Shown here: in pieces, positions 46,377 through 55,098 of the stretch
Layout of the letters: the number at the start of each line of letters is the position of its first letter
Numbering within the stretch: position 1 is the first letter of the stretch
DNA from: Candidatus Saccharimonadales bacterium
GTDB taxonomy: Bacteria; Patescibacteriota; Saccharimonadia; Saccharimonadales; UBA7683
DNA length: 64,000 nt
Direction: 5' to 3'
Assembly: GCA_046350615.1 (NCBI GenBank)
Contig: JAXMAA010000002.1
Coordinates: 277,204-341,203, forward strand
Made by a program: the position numbers and the translations under genes
The notes under the pieces: generated by a model
What the model saw: only the letters and a program-made list of their open reading frames with translations
Told to the model about the DNA's origin: nothing
Databases searched by the model: none

Positions 46377-47204
46377 CTACTTTTTGCCTTTTTTAAAGAC
46401 CTTTGTTACTTTTGCCTTTACGGCAGCTTTCTTATCTACTTTGAACGGGTTAACACCACTCAGAGCAACGGCTAAGTTAACACCAATCGCACCACCTGCG
46501 AGCGTGCCGATAATAGATTCCCAAGTGAAGCGGCTTGCGGGCGTCTTTGTGGTTTGTTCTTTCTCTTCTCCCATGAGTGACTGTAGTGAGCTCTGGCTAT
46601 CTTTCTCTGCCGAAGCGAGTGCGATTGCCGGATTGAGTGTAGCGCCATCTACTTGGGCAACACGGGGCGTCTCATTACTTTTTGCGTTCTTCAAGAGGTC
46701 AGAAGATTGTGCTGCCTGACCAATTAATCCACCACCCACTGCAATACCTACGAGTAAACCAAGGCCAATTGCTACTGCCTTTGTGCCATCATTGAGTTTG
46801 TGCTGTACGGCAGCACCAATCGCAAACGTGAAGGCGGCAGTACCTGCAATTTCCGCAACCACAAGCCGTGGGTCGAAGTGATTTATATCTAACGCCAATC
46901 CAAAGTGACCGCCTTTAAACCACTGTACTAAAAGCAGTGCCAATAGTGCTCCAGCGAACTGCATAGCCCAGTAAAACGGCACTTTAAGAGTTTCTAGCTT
47001 GCGTGCACTCCAGAGCCCAAAAGTGACTGCTGGGTTAACGTGTGCACCAGAAACTGCACCAATCGCAAGCGCTAACACTAGCATCGTAAAGCCAACAATC
47101 AAAAGATTACCTTGAGTAACGAGTGCGACGGTAGTGAGTAAAAATGTACCCACAAGTTCTGCTGCCAATACTGACGGCTGTAAACTTAAGTTTTTTAATT
47201 TCAT
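46377..47204 (-). CDS. MIP-family channel (aquaporin/glycerol facilitator) with extended C-terminal region
   Basis: Two NPA boxes (SGAHVNPAVTFG and ATLNPAIALA); 275 aa; Lys-rich tail. Confidence 0.85.
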   Translation of the reverse strand: MKLKNLSLQPSVLAAELVGTFLLTTVALVTQGNLLIVGFTMLVLALAIGAVSGAHVNPAVTFGLWSARKLETLKVPFYWAMQFAGALLALLLVQWFKGGHFGLALDINHFDPRLVVAEIAGTAAFTFAIGAAVQHKLNDGTKAVAIGLGLLVGIAVGGGLIGQAAQSSDLLKNAKSNETPRVAQVDGATLNPAIALASAEKDSQSSLQSLMGEEKEQTTKTPASRFTWESIIGTLAGGAIGVNLAVALSGVNPFKVDKKAAVKAKVTKVFKKGKK

Positions 47205-47525
47205 TATTCTGAACCCTCCTTAGTTGTTCTAGCTATTAGATATACTGCAAAACTATAAAAATTACAACTCTTGTGCTTGTGGGCATCCGATGCAGGCCGC
47301 TCGATATTGCACTCGGCGCCGAAAACATTATACTTAAACTTGGAGGACCATTCGTGTCACTCCATCAAGCCGGGTTATATGCCCGGTTTATTGATTTCGC
47401 AAGATCAATAATAATGAGCTCCTCTTTGTTATTCCGTGCTTGATATAGAATCCAGTATGTATGATCGCTCGCGGTACAGTCTGTTTAGTATTTCGAATCT
47501 CAAAGTTCGGATTTGCAAATTGTTC

Positions 47526-47927
47526 CTACGAACAATTTGAGCAGTAGCCAGTGATCTCAAGGTCGTGGCGGAGTGGGCGGAAGCCGTTGTTGGCGGCAGT
47601 CTGTTCTATAGCGTACTCAATCTCTGGCGTGTGAACGTCAATAACTGAGCTGCAACGGAGGCAGGTGAGATGGTGATGGTGTTCTTGAAAGCTCTCGCCA
47701 AGTTCAATGCGATATTTAAAGCCGGTTGAAACTTTTTTTGCGATATTGAGGTCAACGAATAAATCGATGGTACGGTACACGGTAGCACGATCTATTTGAG
47801 GTAGGGAAGTGATGAGCTCTTGCATGGTTGCTGGCTGTGTTGCCAAAAGCGCACGCAGTATAGCAAGGCGGGTTTTGGTGGCGCTGAAGCCTTGTTGTTT
47901 CAATAATGATTTAATTTCTTCTTCCAT
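47526..47927 (-). CDS. zur: Fur-family metalloregulator, probably Zur
   Basis: 133 aa; wHTH N-domain; metal sites HHHHLTCLRC and CSNC. It is divergent from a COG0523/ZIP gene set, hence the Zur assignment (inference). Confidence 0.7.
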   Translation of the reverse strand: MEEEIKSLLKQQGFSATKTRLAILRALLATQPATMQELITSLPQIDRATVYRTIDLFVDLNIAKKVSTGFKYRIELGESFQEHHHHLTCLRCSSVIDVHTPEIEYAIEQTAANNGFRPLRHDLEITGYCSNCS

Positions 47928-47983
47928 GATATCTCCTGTTGCAGTTTACCTATTTTTTGCGAAACCAATGCAATAATAATAAC

Positions 47984-48005
47984 AAATTGCGACATATTTG
48001 CAAAA
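47984..48005. promoter_or_regulatory. Candidate Zur/Fur operator, copy 1
   Basis: AAATTGCGACATATTTGCAAAA, 31 nt upstream of ATG 48036; 19/22 identical to 51091-51112; imperfect palindrome TTGCnA...T..GCAA. A related half-site, TTGCGAAACCAATGCAA, lies at about 47958-47974. Confidence 0.45.
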
Positions 48006-48035
48006 AAAGTGTTCATACTGCACACTGTGCAAGTT

Positions 48036-48447
48036 ATGAAAAATGCAATAAAGTCGCAAAAAGACATAGTCATCGTTACTGGAGTGAAGTTTTCGGTATT
48101 AAAACGAGCATTCGCAGCCGGACAGCAGGTTACGTACATTCAGGGCCCAGCTGGTCAACTAAAAATGAACGCTGCCGCTGGAGTTTTCAGGCAGCTGAAA
48201 GATTCATACGAAGTCTGGGCCACTACGTATGACGACGAAACCATTGAAACACTCGAGTATTTGCAGTGGGCTGAAAGAGGTGTAGTGCATACGGTCAATT
48301 TATTAGACAGAAAAGCAGTCGATACATTTGTTTCCCTGATAGCACAAAGACAGACAGAAACCGGAGCAACGGTTCATCTTGTGCATTACGGAGGCGCCTC
48401 AGATACGCCAATAGCGCTTCCGAATGAGAGTCTATTCCAGGCGCACA
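48036..48447 (+). pseudogene. Atypical SDR-like Rossmann-fold protein, 5' part (interrupted by IS200-type element)
   Basis: MKNAIKSQKDIVIVTG...; reading frame ...FQAH is continued exactly at 49024 (TWDIQPD...) if 576 bp are removed. Confidence 0.6.
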
Positions 48448-49023
48448 GTACCCCGACCGTAAGGTCGTGGGCAGTATGCCCTAACCCACTAGCTTGTTTG
48501 CCGCTTTCGGCCTGCACCGACTATCATGAGTAGGTAATGCCAACGCTCTATCGTCATAAATCCCACTGTGTATTCCTCTGTGACTACCATATAGTGTTTC
48601 CGACCAAATACCGACGCAGTATCATCAACGAAGGCGTTAAGGCCTTCATTACATCTCGTATCAAAGAAATCCAGGACCACTACCCTGAAGTCATCTTCAA
48701 AACTGCCAATACCGACAAAGACCACATACACATGCTCGTTTCCATTCCACCAACGTGGTCCGTAGGTAAGGTGGTGGGTATAATTAAGGCAAACACTGCA
48801 AGAGGCATGAAGGCCGAGCTACCATTTCTAAAAAAGATCTACTGGGGCACAGACAGTATTTGGTCGGAAGGCTACTTTGTTAGCACAGTTGGCATAAACG
48901 AAAGCACTATACGAAGCTACATAGAAAACCAAGGCAAACAGGATAGTGGGCAAACTAACCTTCGGTTAGTTTGAAGGAGCCAATACCCCGACCGTGAGGT
49001 CGTGGGAAGTTTATTGGCGCACA
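48448..49023 (+). mobile_element. IS200-type minimal insertion sequence (tnpA only)
   Basis: Subterminal hairpins CCCCGACCGTAAGGTCGTGGG (48451-71) and CCCCGACCGTGAGGTCGTGGG (48986-49006); flanked by GGCGCACA at 48440-47 and 49016-23; 576 bp. Confidence 0.85.
48537..48974 (+). CDS. tnpA: IS200/IS605 family Y1 transposase TnpA
   Basis: 145 aa; HUH motif DHIHMLVSIPP; catalytic Tyr region SEGYFVSTVG; YHIVFPTKYRR. Confidence 0.9.
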   Translation: MPTLYRHKSHCVFLCDYHIVFPTKYRRSIINEGVKAFITSRIKEIQDHYPEVIFKTANTDKDHIHMLVSIPPTWSVGKVVGIIKANTARGMKAELPFLKKIYWGTDSIWSEGYFVSTVGINESTIRSYIENQGKQDSGQTNLRLV

Positions 49024-49505
49024 CGTGGGATATACAACCTGATGTATTACCTCATTTGGTCGCCAACAACTGTGTTACTTTACTGAACACTTTACAATCC
49101 ATGAAACGCTACAAGCTGTTTGAGAATCAGGCGGCCTCAAAAGTTGTTTTTATTTCTGCGGCTGCGGCAGTCAGGGTGAAGCAAGAGCTGGGTCTGGATA
49201 GTGCACAAAAAGGTGCGGGCCATAATTTAATACGAAACATTGCGCTCGATTTAACGCCTGAGAATATTTTTGTAACCGAGATCATGCCAGGCAGCACTGA
49301 TACCGGCTTCTTCGATAATGATTACACGCTGGAGACGGCAGTCCGCATTACGAAAAATCTCGGGTATCATCCAACAAAAGAGACATATCCAGTCTTTACT
49401 GCGGAACAAATTGGGGATGCTGCCAAGTATGTACTTGATGCCAAGTGTAATGTACGTGAGCTCGTGCTACTGCCGTACGGACAGTTTCCGCATCTTGGAG
49501 CTTAA
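49024..49505 (+). pseudogene. Atypical SDR-like protein, 3' part
   Basis: ...VVFISAAAAVRV...LDSAQKGAG (SDR Y-x-x-x-K position with Asp instead of Tyr)...FVTEIMPGSTDTGFF; in frame with 48036-48447 after excision of the IS. Confidence 0.6.
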
Positions 49506-49515
49506 GGAGGAGAGA

Positions 49516-51090
49516 ATGAATAAAATCGAAACACAAGCATTTGCAATGTTGGGACCACTTGGTTCAGGTAAAACAACAACTTTAAATAATATGCTGAACG
49601 TTTTGCACCCTGAGGAAGTTGAGCAGACACGCATTGTTGTGAATGATGTCGGTGAGGCTAATATAGACTACCGAAGGCTCATAGGGGGTGGCGGGCAAGA
49701 TGCTGATATCCGTGCGCTTACGGCGGGATGTATTGGCTGCTCTGATGTCAGCCAGTTTCGCGAGATAGTGGAGGCAGCGAAAGAAGATGGTGTACGATTT
49801 CTGCTCATCGAACCTACGGGAATTGCCCCTGGTAATGAAATTGCTGAAGTGGTTGAAGCCGCAGGATTGCCATTCTCAGCTTTGACGCTTGTTGATGTAA
49901 AGCACTTTGCCGTACATCAGCTTTACGATGTTATGCCCTCGCAATTGCTTGTGGCGAGCCACGTTGGCTTAACACATGTCGGACATCTAGATGGAAATAT
50001 CTGGGAAGACGATGGTATGCAGGAGGTGTTGGCATTTATTGGCCAGCATGCTCCAGGGGTTCAAATTGATGTCATGCAAGCCGGAACTGTAGATAGAGAC
50101 TTTGTTGAACTACAGTTGGGTATAAAAACTGGGGTGCGGCGTAGGCTCGGGAGAATTGCAGTTGGTCATAGTTGTGATGCGGACTGCCAGCATAATCACC
50201 AGGAGCATCATCATGGAGGCAATATTCATGCCTTTAGTTTCACAACCGATGCTAAACACCCTGAGGAATTAATTGAAGCCTTAAGTGCGTTTCCAGGTAG
50301 CCATCTCGTACGAGCGAAAGGCGTTGTTGGCGGTTATCGCTTTGATTTGGTTGGTGATGACATGACGGTTCAAGAAATTGATGACCTGAATGAACCAGTA
50401 GTGAACCTTATTTATGTCGGTGAAGCACCGGATTTTAGTGGTGAAGAACGGTTATCACCTCTCCATGCGCATCAGGAAACTTCCGGCAAAAAGGCGGTAG
50501 TCGGTAGCGTGAGAAAACTCTCAAGTGCCCAGCGCGAAACATTAATTACTGATCATCTGGCTTATTATCCTCAAAATGTTATCAATGTTGCAGGTGGGCT
50601 TGTTGTGGACTGCGAGGCCGACAATGCGTACGAAATTGCCTTCTGGCGAGAGAGTGACGATCTTAGTTTGGGTGTAAAAAAATTGGCGATGGATGCATAT
50701 GTAGCACACCGCCTGAGAGCACTCCATCATCTTACATATCACAAAGATCCAGATTGGAAAGAGGCAGATGTGGCGTACTACAAGCGGCGTCTCGGAGCAT
50801 CACTTGGTTGGAACTATTATCATCTAAGTGATTACATGCGTGAAGAGGACAGAGCGGTGATAGGGGCTGCGCAGCCTGCACGGCTACTATTAGAGGGCTT
50901 CATGCAGCTTGAAGTTTTGGCATTTGATGAGGGGAGGGCAGAGGAGAAGCCAGAATTTATTCGCGCAGTCATGGAGCGTGCAGTTAAGGAAGGGACGATA
51001 ACGTTGGCCGAATATCAGGGTTTACGTATGCACGCATATGAACTTGCTGCGGGCAATAAAGAGTGGACTGAGCGATGGCAAAATCTTTAG
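49516..51090 (+). CDS. COG0523 (CobW/ZigA/YciC-like) G3E GTPase metallochaperone with long C-terminal extension
   Basis: AAGGAGG then ATG 49516; P-loop GPLGSGKTT; metal motif region TAGCIGCSD (CxxC instead of canonical CxCC); His-rich HSCDADCQHNHQEHHHGGNIH; about 200 extra C-terminal residues. Confidence 0.75.
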   Translation: MNKIETQAFAMLGPLGSGKTTTLNNMLNVLHPEEVEQTRIVVNDVGEANIDYRRLIGGGGQDADIRALTAGCIGCSDVSQFREIVEAAKEDGVRFLLIEPTGIAPGNEIAEVVEAAGLPFSALTLVDVKHFAVHQLYDVMPSQLLVASHVGLTHVGHLDGNIWEDDGMQEVLAFIGQHAPGVQIDVMQAGTVDRDFVELQLGIKTGVRRRLGRIAVGHSCDADCQHNHQEHHHGGNIHAFSFTTDAKHPEELIEALSAFPGSHLVRAKGVVGGYRFDLVGDDMTVQEIDDLNEPVVNLIYVGEAPDFSGEERLSPLHAHQETSGKKAVVGSVRKLSSAQRETLITDHLAYYPQNVINVAGGLVVDCEADNAYEIAFWRESDDLSLGVKKLAMDAYVAHRLRALHHLTYHKDPDWKEADVAYYKRRLGASLGWNYYHLSDYMREEDRAVIGAAQPARLLLEGFMQLEVLAFDEGRAEEKPEFIRAVMERAVKEGTITLAEYQGLRMHAYELAAGNKEWTERWQNL

Positions 51091-51112
51091 ATATTGCGAC
51101 AAAATTGCAAAA
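51091..51112. promoter_or_regulatory. Candidate Zur/Fur operator, copy 2
   Basis: ATATTGCGACAAAATTGCAAAA, 51 nt upstream of the ZIP transporter ATG. Confidence 0.45.
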
Positions 51113-51162
51113 CTGTATGAGAAAATATACACTTTAATTACAAGATACACATAAGGATTTAC

Positions 51163-52023
51163 ATGGCGAATTACGGACACATCATCATTTTTTCACTGCT
51201 TGGAGGGGTCTTCTCGTTGGTAGGTGGTGTCATTTTACTGAGTAAAAAGAGCTGGGCAGATCGGCTGGCAGCGTACGCTACGCCATTTGCGGCTGGGGCA
51301 CTGCTTGCGGCAGTCTTTCTTGACCTTCTCCACGAAGGAGTTGAAAAGGCTGATCCTTACACTGTTTTTCTTTCTGCACTGGTGGGGATGGTACTCTTCT
51401 TTTTTGCGGAACGGTTTTTGCATTGGTTCCATCACCATCATGGAGAGAAAGAATCGCATAGAGATGCAACTACTGGCCTCGTGATTGTTGGTGATACGCT
51501 CCACAATGCCTTGGATGGAGTTGCTATTGCGGCAAGCTTTTTAGTAAGCGTGCCAACGGGGATTATTACCACTGTTGCTGTAGCTGCGCATGAAATTCCG
51601 CAGGAGATCGGTGATTTTGGACTGCTGCTTAAAAAAGGTCTTTCACGTAAGAAGGTATTACTTGTGAATGTTCTGAGCGCCTTGGCGACGCTTGTATTGG
51701 CACTGCTTACCTTTTGGCTTGGAAACGAAACATCTCTGCCGATCGGTGTGTTGCTTGGTCTAAGCGCTGGCTTTCTGCTTTATATTGCCGCGAGTGATAT
51801 CATCCCAAGTATTCATGATGAGGTGCCAAGCAATAAGCTGTTTGATATCCGTCCTTTTCTTTTAGTGTTCGGTGCGGTTTTGGTCGGTATTACGATAAAT
51901 ATTGCTCATAAGTATATAGATGCGGATCATACACATACTTCAGAGCATGGCGTACATGGGTCCGCTGAAGACCACGATCACGAAGCTCATGATGAAGAGC
52001 ACGATCATTCGCACGATGATTAG
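51163..52023 (+). CDS. zupT: ZIP family metal (zinc) transporter, ZupT-like, with His/Asp-rich C-terminal tail
   Basis: HNALDGVAIAASF and AAHEIPQEIGDFG motifs; internal HWFHHHHGEKESH loop; tail HTHTSEHGVHGSAEDHDHEAHDEEHDHSHDD. Confidence 0.8.
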   Translation: MANYGHIIIFSLLGGVFSLVGGVILLSKKSWADRLAAYATPFAAGALLAAVFLDLLHEGVEKADPYTVFLSALVGMVLFFFAERFLHWFHHHHGEKESHRDATTGLVIVGDTLHNALDGVAIAASFLVSVPTGIITTVAVAAHEIPQEIGDFGLLLKKGLSRKKVLLVNVLSALATLVLALLTFWLGNETSLPIGVLLGLSAGFLLYIAASDIIPSIHDEVPSNKLFDIRPFLLVFGAVLVGITINIAHKYIDADHTHTSEHGVHGSAEDHDHEAHDEEHDHSHDD

Positions 52024-52081
52024 TTAACCGATAGCAGCAAGGCGGCTTAATTCCTTGTCCTCTTACCTGTTATGTACTATC

Positions 52082-53401
52082 TCATTCAGGATCTTGGTAG
52101 AGAAAATCGATGCCTAAGGCTGCTGACCAGCTAAAGTTCTTGGCGCCAGCTGGCCTGCCATCGAGGGGGCTAAAGTATTCGTAGGCACCGTGTTCTTCAA
52201 TAAGCTTTAAAGAGGCCTGGCGAATTTCCGCAGCCTCAGTTATGTAGCCATAACGCTCAAGCCCGTCTGCAATCAGCCAATTGGTATTGATCCAGGTGGG
52301 ACCTTGCCAATACCGAACGTGTTGGAAGAACTTGGAGTGAGTTGGTACGGATGGAACGGGGTATTTAGTCTTCCAACCACGTGATTTCATAAGTTCAACC
52401 AGCTCGGCTGCCCGTTTTTTAGAGACAGTGCCAGCATACAGGGGCAGGAATGTCATAACGCTGGGTTCGGTAATGAGTTCAAATGTGTCAAAGCTTCTAC
52501 TGAAGTACTGCTGGTGTGTTTCGTTCCAGAGCAGCTCAAGGGCGTGGGGAGCCTTTTTCATTCTCTCCCAGAGCCAGCCGGGTAGATCAGTTTTGATCTC
52601 GCTGGCAATCTCGGTGATGAGAGTGTTGGCGCGGATCAGGATACAGTTAAATGCTAAATCTTCAATACTGAGATGTGCGTGTCGAAGAATCAGCCGAGTT
52701 TCGTAGTGTTTGCGCCGCAAGCGCCGAACGATACTGTATAAACCAAGGGCATCAATGGTGTCAATGCGCTCATAAGCGGGTAAAAACTTGGTGTCGTGCC
52801 GTAGTGTGTTGAATAGACTGTGTAGCTTGAGCGCACGGACGGTCTTGATCCACAACGGAAGATCGCTCAGGTGCATTTCGCTCATCCAGCTTGGAGTATT
52901 ATCAAGGCCGCATTCCCAGGGGTGAATAAGTACCGCCAGGCCTTCACCGTGTGGATCGCGTTCGCGGTAGATCCATTCATGGTAGCGAACTAAATCATCA
53001 AAAATGCTTTTGTACCACTGTTGGCGGTCTTTTTTGTTCATGCCTTTACCAATGCGAGCAACGGCTTCGGCAATCATTGGCGGTTGAGTGATGCCACTGG
53101 TTTTAAGATGTTTCGGCGCATTTTTTGAAACGTTGGAATGCCAAATATCATCTTTGTAGTGCTTCTCATCTCCATAAATGATGTTGGGAATCATGCCGTT
53201 CTTCCATTGGCCGCGGAAGAGGTTTTTGATCTCGCGTTTGGCGCGGTGAACGTTGTAGTGCCTCAAGCCGATTGCAATAAAGCAACTATCCCACAGCCAC
53301 TGATGCGGGTAGAGGTGAGGCGCCGGCCGAGTCCAACCATTAACCCGATTTTGTTCCAAAACCTGTTTACAATATTCAAATAGTTTTTGTTGCCCATCCA
53401 T
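52082..53401 (-). CDS. (alpha/alpha)6-barrel glycoside hydrolase, GH63/MGH-like (glucosyl-/mannosylglycerate hydrolase-like)
   Basis: HLYPHQWLWDSCFIAIGL and GPTWINTNWLIADGL resemble GH63-type motifs; the family call is from memory only. Confidence 0.5.
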   Translation of the reverse strand: MDGQQKLFEYCKQVLEQNRVNGWTRPAPHLYPHQWLWDSCFIAIGLRHYNVHRAKREIKNLFRGQWKNGMIPNIIYGDEKHYKDDIWHSNVSKNAPKHLKTSGITQPPMIAEAVARIGKGMNKKDRQQWYKSIFDDLVRYHEWIYRERDPHGEGLAVLIHPWECGLDNTPSWMSEMHLSDLPLWIKTVRALKLHSLFNTLRHDTKFLPAYERIDTIDALGLYSIVRRLRRKHYETRLILRHAHLSIEDLAFNCILIRANTLITEIASEIKTDLPGWLWERMKKAPHALELLWNETHQQYFSRSFDTFELITEPSVMTFLPLYAGTVSKKRAAELVELMKSRGWKTKYPVPSVPTHSKFFQHVRYWQGPTWINTNWLIADGLERYGYITEAAEIRQASLKLIEEHGAYEYFSPLDGRPAGAKNFSWSAALGIDFLYQDPE

Positions 53402-53547
53402 ATCTTAGTTACTAGTATAGCTAAGAAATCTCCAAACCTTAAGCACCAAACTACAAATAAATACTAAATTCTAAGCTCTACATGCTAAACAAACCTCTAA
53501 ATTCGAATGATCGAAAATTCAGCTTAAGCGGTCAGACTAGCCGATGC

Positions 53548-54045
53548 TTAACGGTAATTTGTGAATTCTAACGGGAAGTCGAAGTCGGCTTCTTTGAGAA
53601 GCTGAATGACGGCTTGGAGCTCGTCGCGTTTTGCGGATGAAATGCGGATTTCCTCACCTTGAATTTGGGCTTTGACTTTCGGATATTCATCTCTTAGCAG
53701 TTTGGTGATCTTCTTGGCTTTTTCTTGATCTAAACCTTTTTTGAACGCAAGATCCCATGTCATCTTTAAGTTTAAGGTAACAGGCTCTTTGCTAGTATCA
53801 AGCAGTTTTTGGCTGACGCCGCTGCCGGCCAGTTTTTTACGTAAAATATCAATGATGCTATCGAGGTGGAATTGGTTATCACCAGTAATTTTCACTCCAG
53901 CCTTATTATCAACAAATTCGAGTGCGGCAGAGGTGCCTTTAAAATCATAGCGGCTCGCAATTTCTCGCTGCGTTTGCTCAACAGCGTTGGTAACTTTTGC
54001 TATGTCGTAATCTGAAACAATATCAAATGAACTATCTTTTGCCAT
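53548..54045 (-). CDS. yajQ: YajQ family nucleotide-binding protein (UPF0234)
   Basis: MAKDSSFDIVSDYDIAKVTNAVEQTQREIASRYDFKG is the conserved YajQ N-terminus; 165 aa. Confidence 0.85.
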   Translation of the reverse strand: MAKDSSFDIVSDYDIAKVTNAVEQTQREIASRYDFKGTSAALEFVDNKAGVKITGDNQFHLDSIIDILRKKLAGSGVSQKLLDTSKEPVTLNLKMTWDLAFKKGLDQEKAKKITKLLRDEYPKVKAQIQGEEIRISSAKRDELQAVIQLLKEADFDFPLEFTNYR

Positions 54046-54114
54046 GATTGTAGTATACCACTTGCAAGAAGTTTAAGTGTTTGCTTAAATATTAAGTACG
54101 AAAAAGGAGATTGC

Positions 54115-54669
54115 ATGAAATTATTAGTAGTACTAGCAAGTGTTAGAAAAGGCCGGGCTGGCGAAAAAGTGGCCAACTGGTTTGTTGAACAAGTGAAAAA
54201 GGACGGTCGTTTCGAACCGGAGCTGGTAGATTTAAAAGAGCTCGAACTCTCCTACGAGCTTCCCGCGACATTGCCCTCAATGGTAAAAAATGGTGAATAT
54301 GAAAACGAAGACGACCGTAAGTGGGCCGAGATAGTTAAACGAAATGATGCAGTGGTATTTGTAAATCCAGAGTATAATCACAGTTTCCCTGCCAGTGTAA
54401 AAAATGCGGTCGATCATCTTTTTGAAGAATGGAATGGTAAACCTGCTGCAGTAGTGAACTACGGTGCCTCAAGTAACGCATTTAGCTTTGCCGCTTTCTG
54501 GGTTGTTGCAACGTGGGTGAAGATGGACATGGTTGGTCCGCGAGTTTCAATTCCGGAAGTCTGGGCAGCTTTTAATGAGAACGGCGAACTCGCTCATGCG
54601 GATTATCATGAATATGAAGTGAAAGGCGTGCTTGGTGCGCTTGAAAATAAGGTCGCAGCTAAAAAATAA
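54115..54669 (+). CDS. NAD(P)H-dependent FMN reductase (flavodoxin-like fold)
   Basis: MKLLVVLASVRKGRAG..., VFVNPEYNHSFPASVKNAVD typical of the FMN_red family. Confidence 0.75.
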   Translation: MKLLVVLASVRKGRAGEKVANWFVEQVKKDGRFEPELVDLKELELSYELPATLPSMVKNGEYENEDDRKWAEIVKRNDAVVFVNPEYNHSFPASVKNAVDHLFEEWNGKPAAVVNYGASSNAFSFAAFWVVATWVKMDMVGPRVSIPEVWAAFNENGELAHADYHEYEVKGVLGALENKVAAKK

Positions 54670-54704
54670 CTCGCAACCGATACAATATAAGGTCGGATCT
54701 TACT

Positions 54705-54890
54705 ATGAGGTCCGATCTTGTAGTTTTGTATAATGCAGTTATGGAAGAATTACCCTGTAGCGAGAAGCTAAGTTTTGATACCAAGGAAGCCGCCGAGGGC
54801 GCAGCGGTGTATGCAGAGCATCGACATGGTGCAAAACTAAGAATTTATAAGTGTAAACATTGCAGCCTCTGGCACTTAGCATCAGCTTAA
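54705..54890 (+). CDS. Small zinc-ribbon-like protein
   Basis: 61 aa (or 49 aa from MEELPCSEK...); ...YKCKHCSLWHLAS; Cys pairs compatible with a zinc ribbon; function unknown. Confidence 0.4.
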   Translation: MRSDLVVLYNAVMEELPCSEKLSFDTKEAAEGAAVYAEHRHGAKLRIYKCKHCSLWHLASA

Positions 54891-54978
54891 TGTTATACTT
54901 ATCTTGATGGCACGAAAGAATTTCTTTTTTAGTTTTTTTGAAACCCGCTAAGCGAGGCCGCTTTGTCATAAACAAACT

Positions 54979-55002
54979 CCTCGCAAGCCGGCGAGGTTTT
55001 TT
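54979..55002 (+). terminator. Intrinsic terminator
   Basis: CCTCGC-AAGCCG-GCGAGG followed by TTTTTT. Confidence 0.6.
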
Positions 55003-55021
55003 AATAAAACCGCTTTCTGCT

Positions 55022-55046
55022 GTCATCCTGAACTTGATTCAGGATC
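55022..55046. repeat. Solo GTCAT-hairpin module
   Basis: GTCATCCTGAACTTGATTCAGGATC (stem TCCTGAA / TTCAGGA). Confidence 0.6.
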
Positions 55047-55098
55047 CAGACAAAACAGTTGGTCGAAAGTATTAAATATAAGATAGAATAGATACCAT

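Noticed and set aside
54891-55098. T-box or leader-peptide attenuator upstream of pheS
   Set aside because: No specifier-loop/T-box consensus (AGAGA, GGUGGUACCGCG-like) and no Phe-rich leader ORF were found. The hairpin plus T-run is adequately explained as the terminator of the upstream small gene, followed by a solo repeat module.
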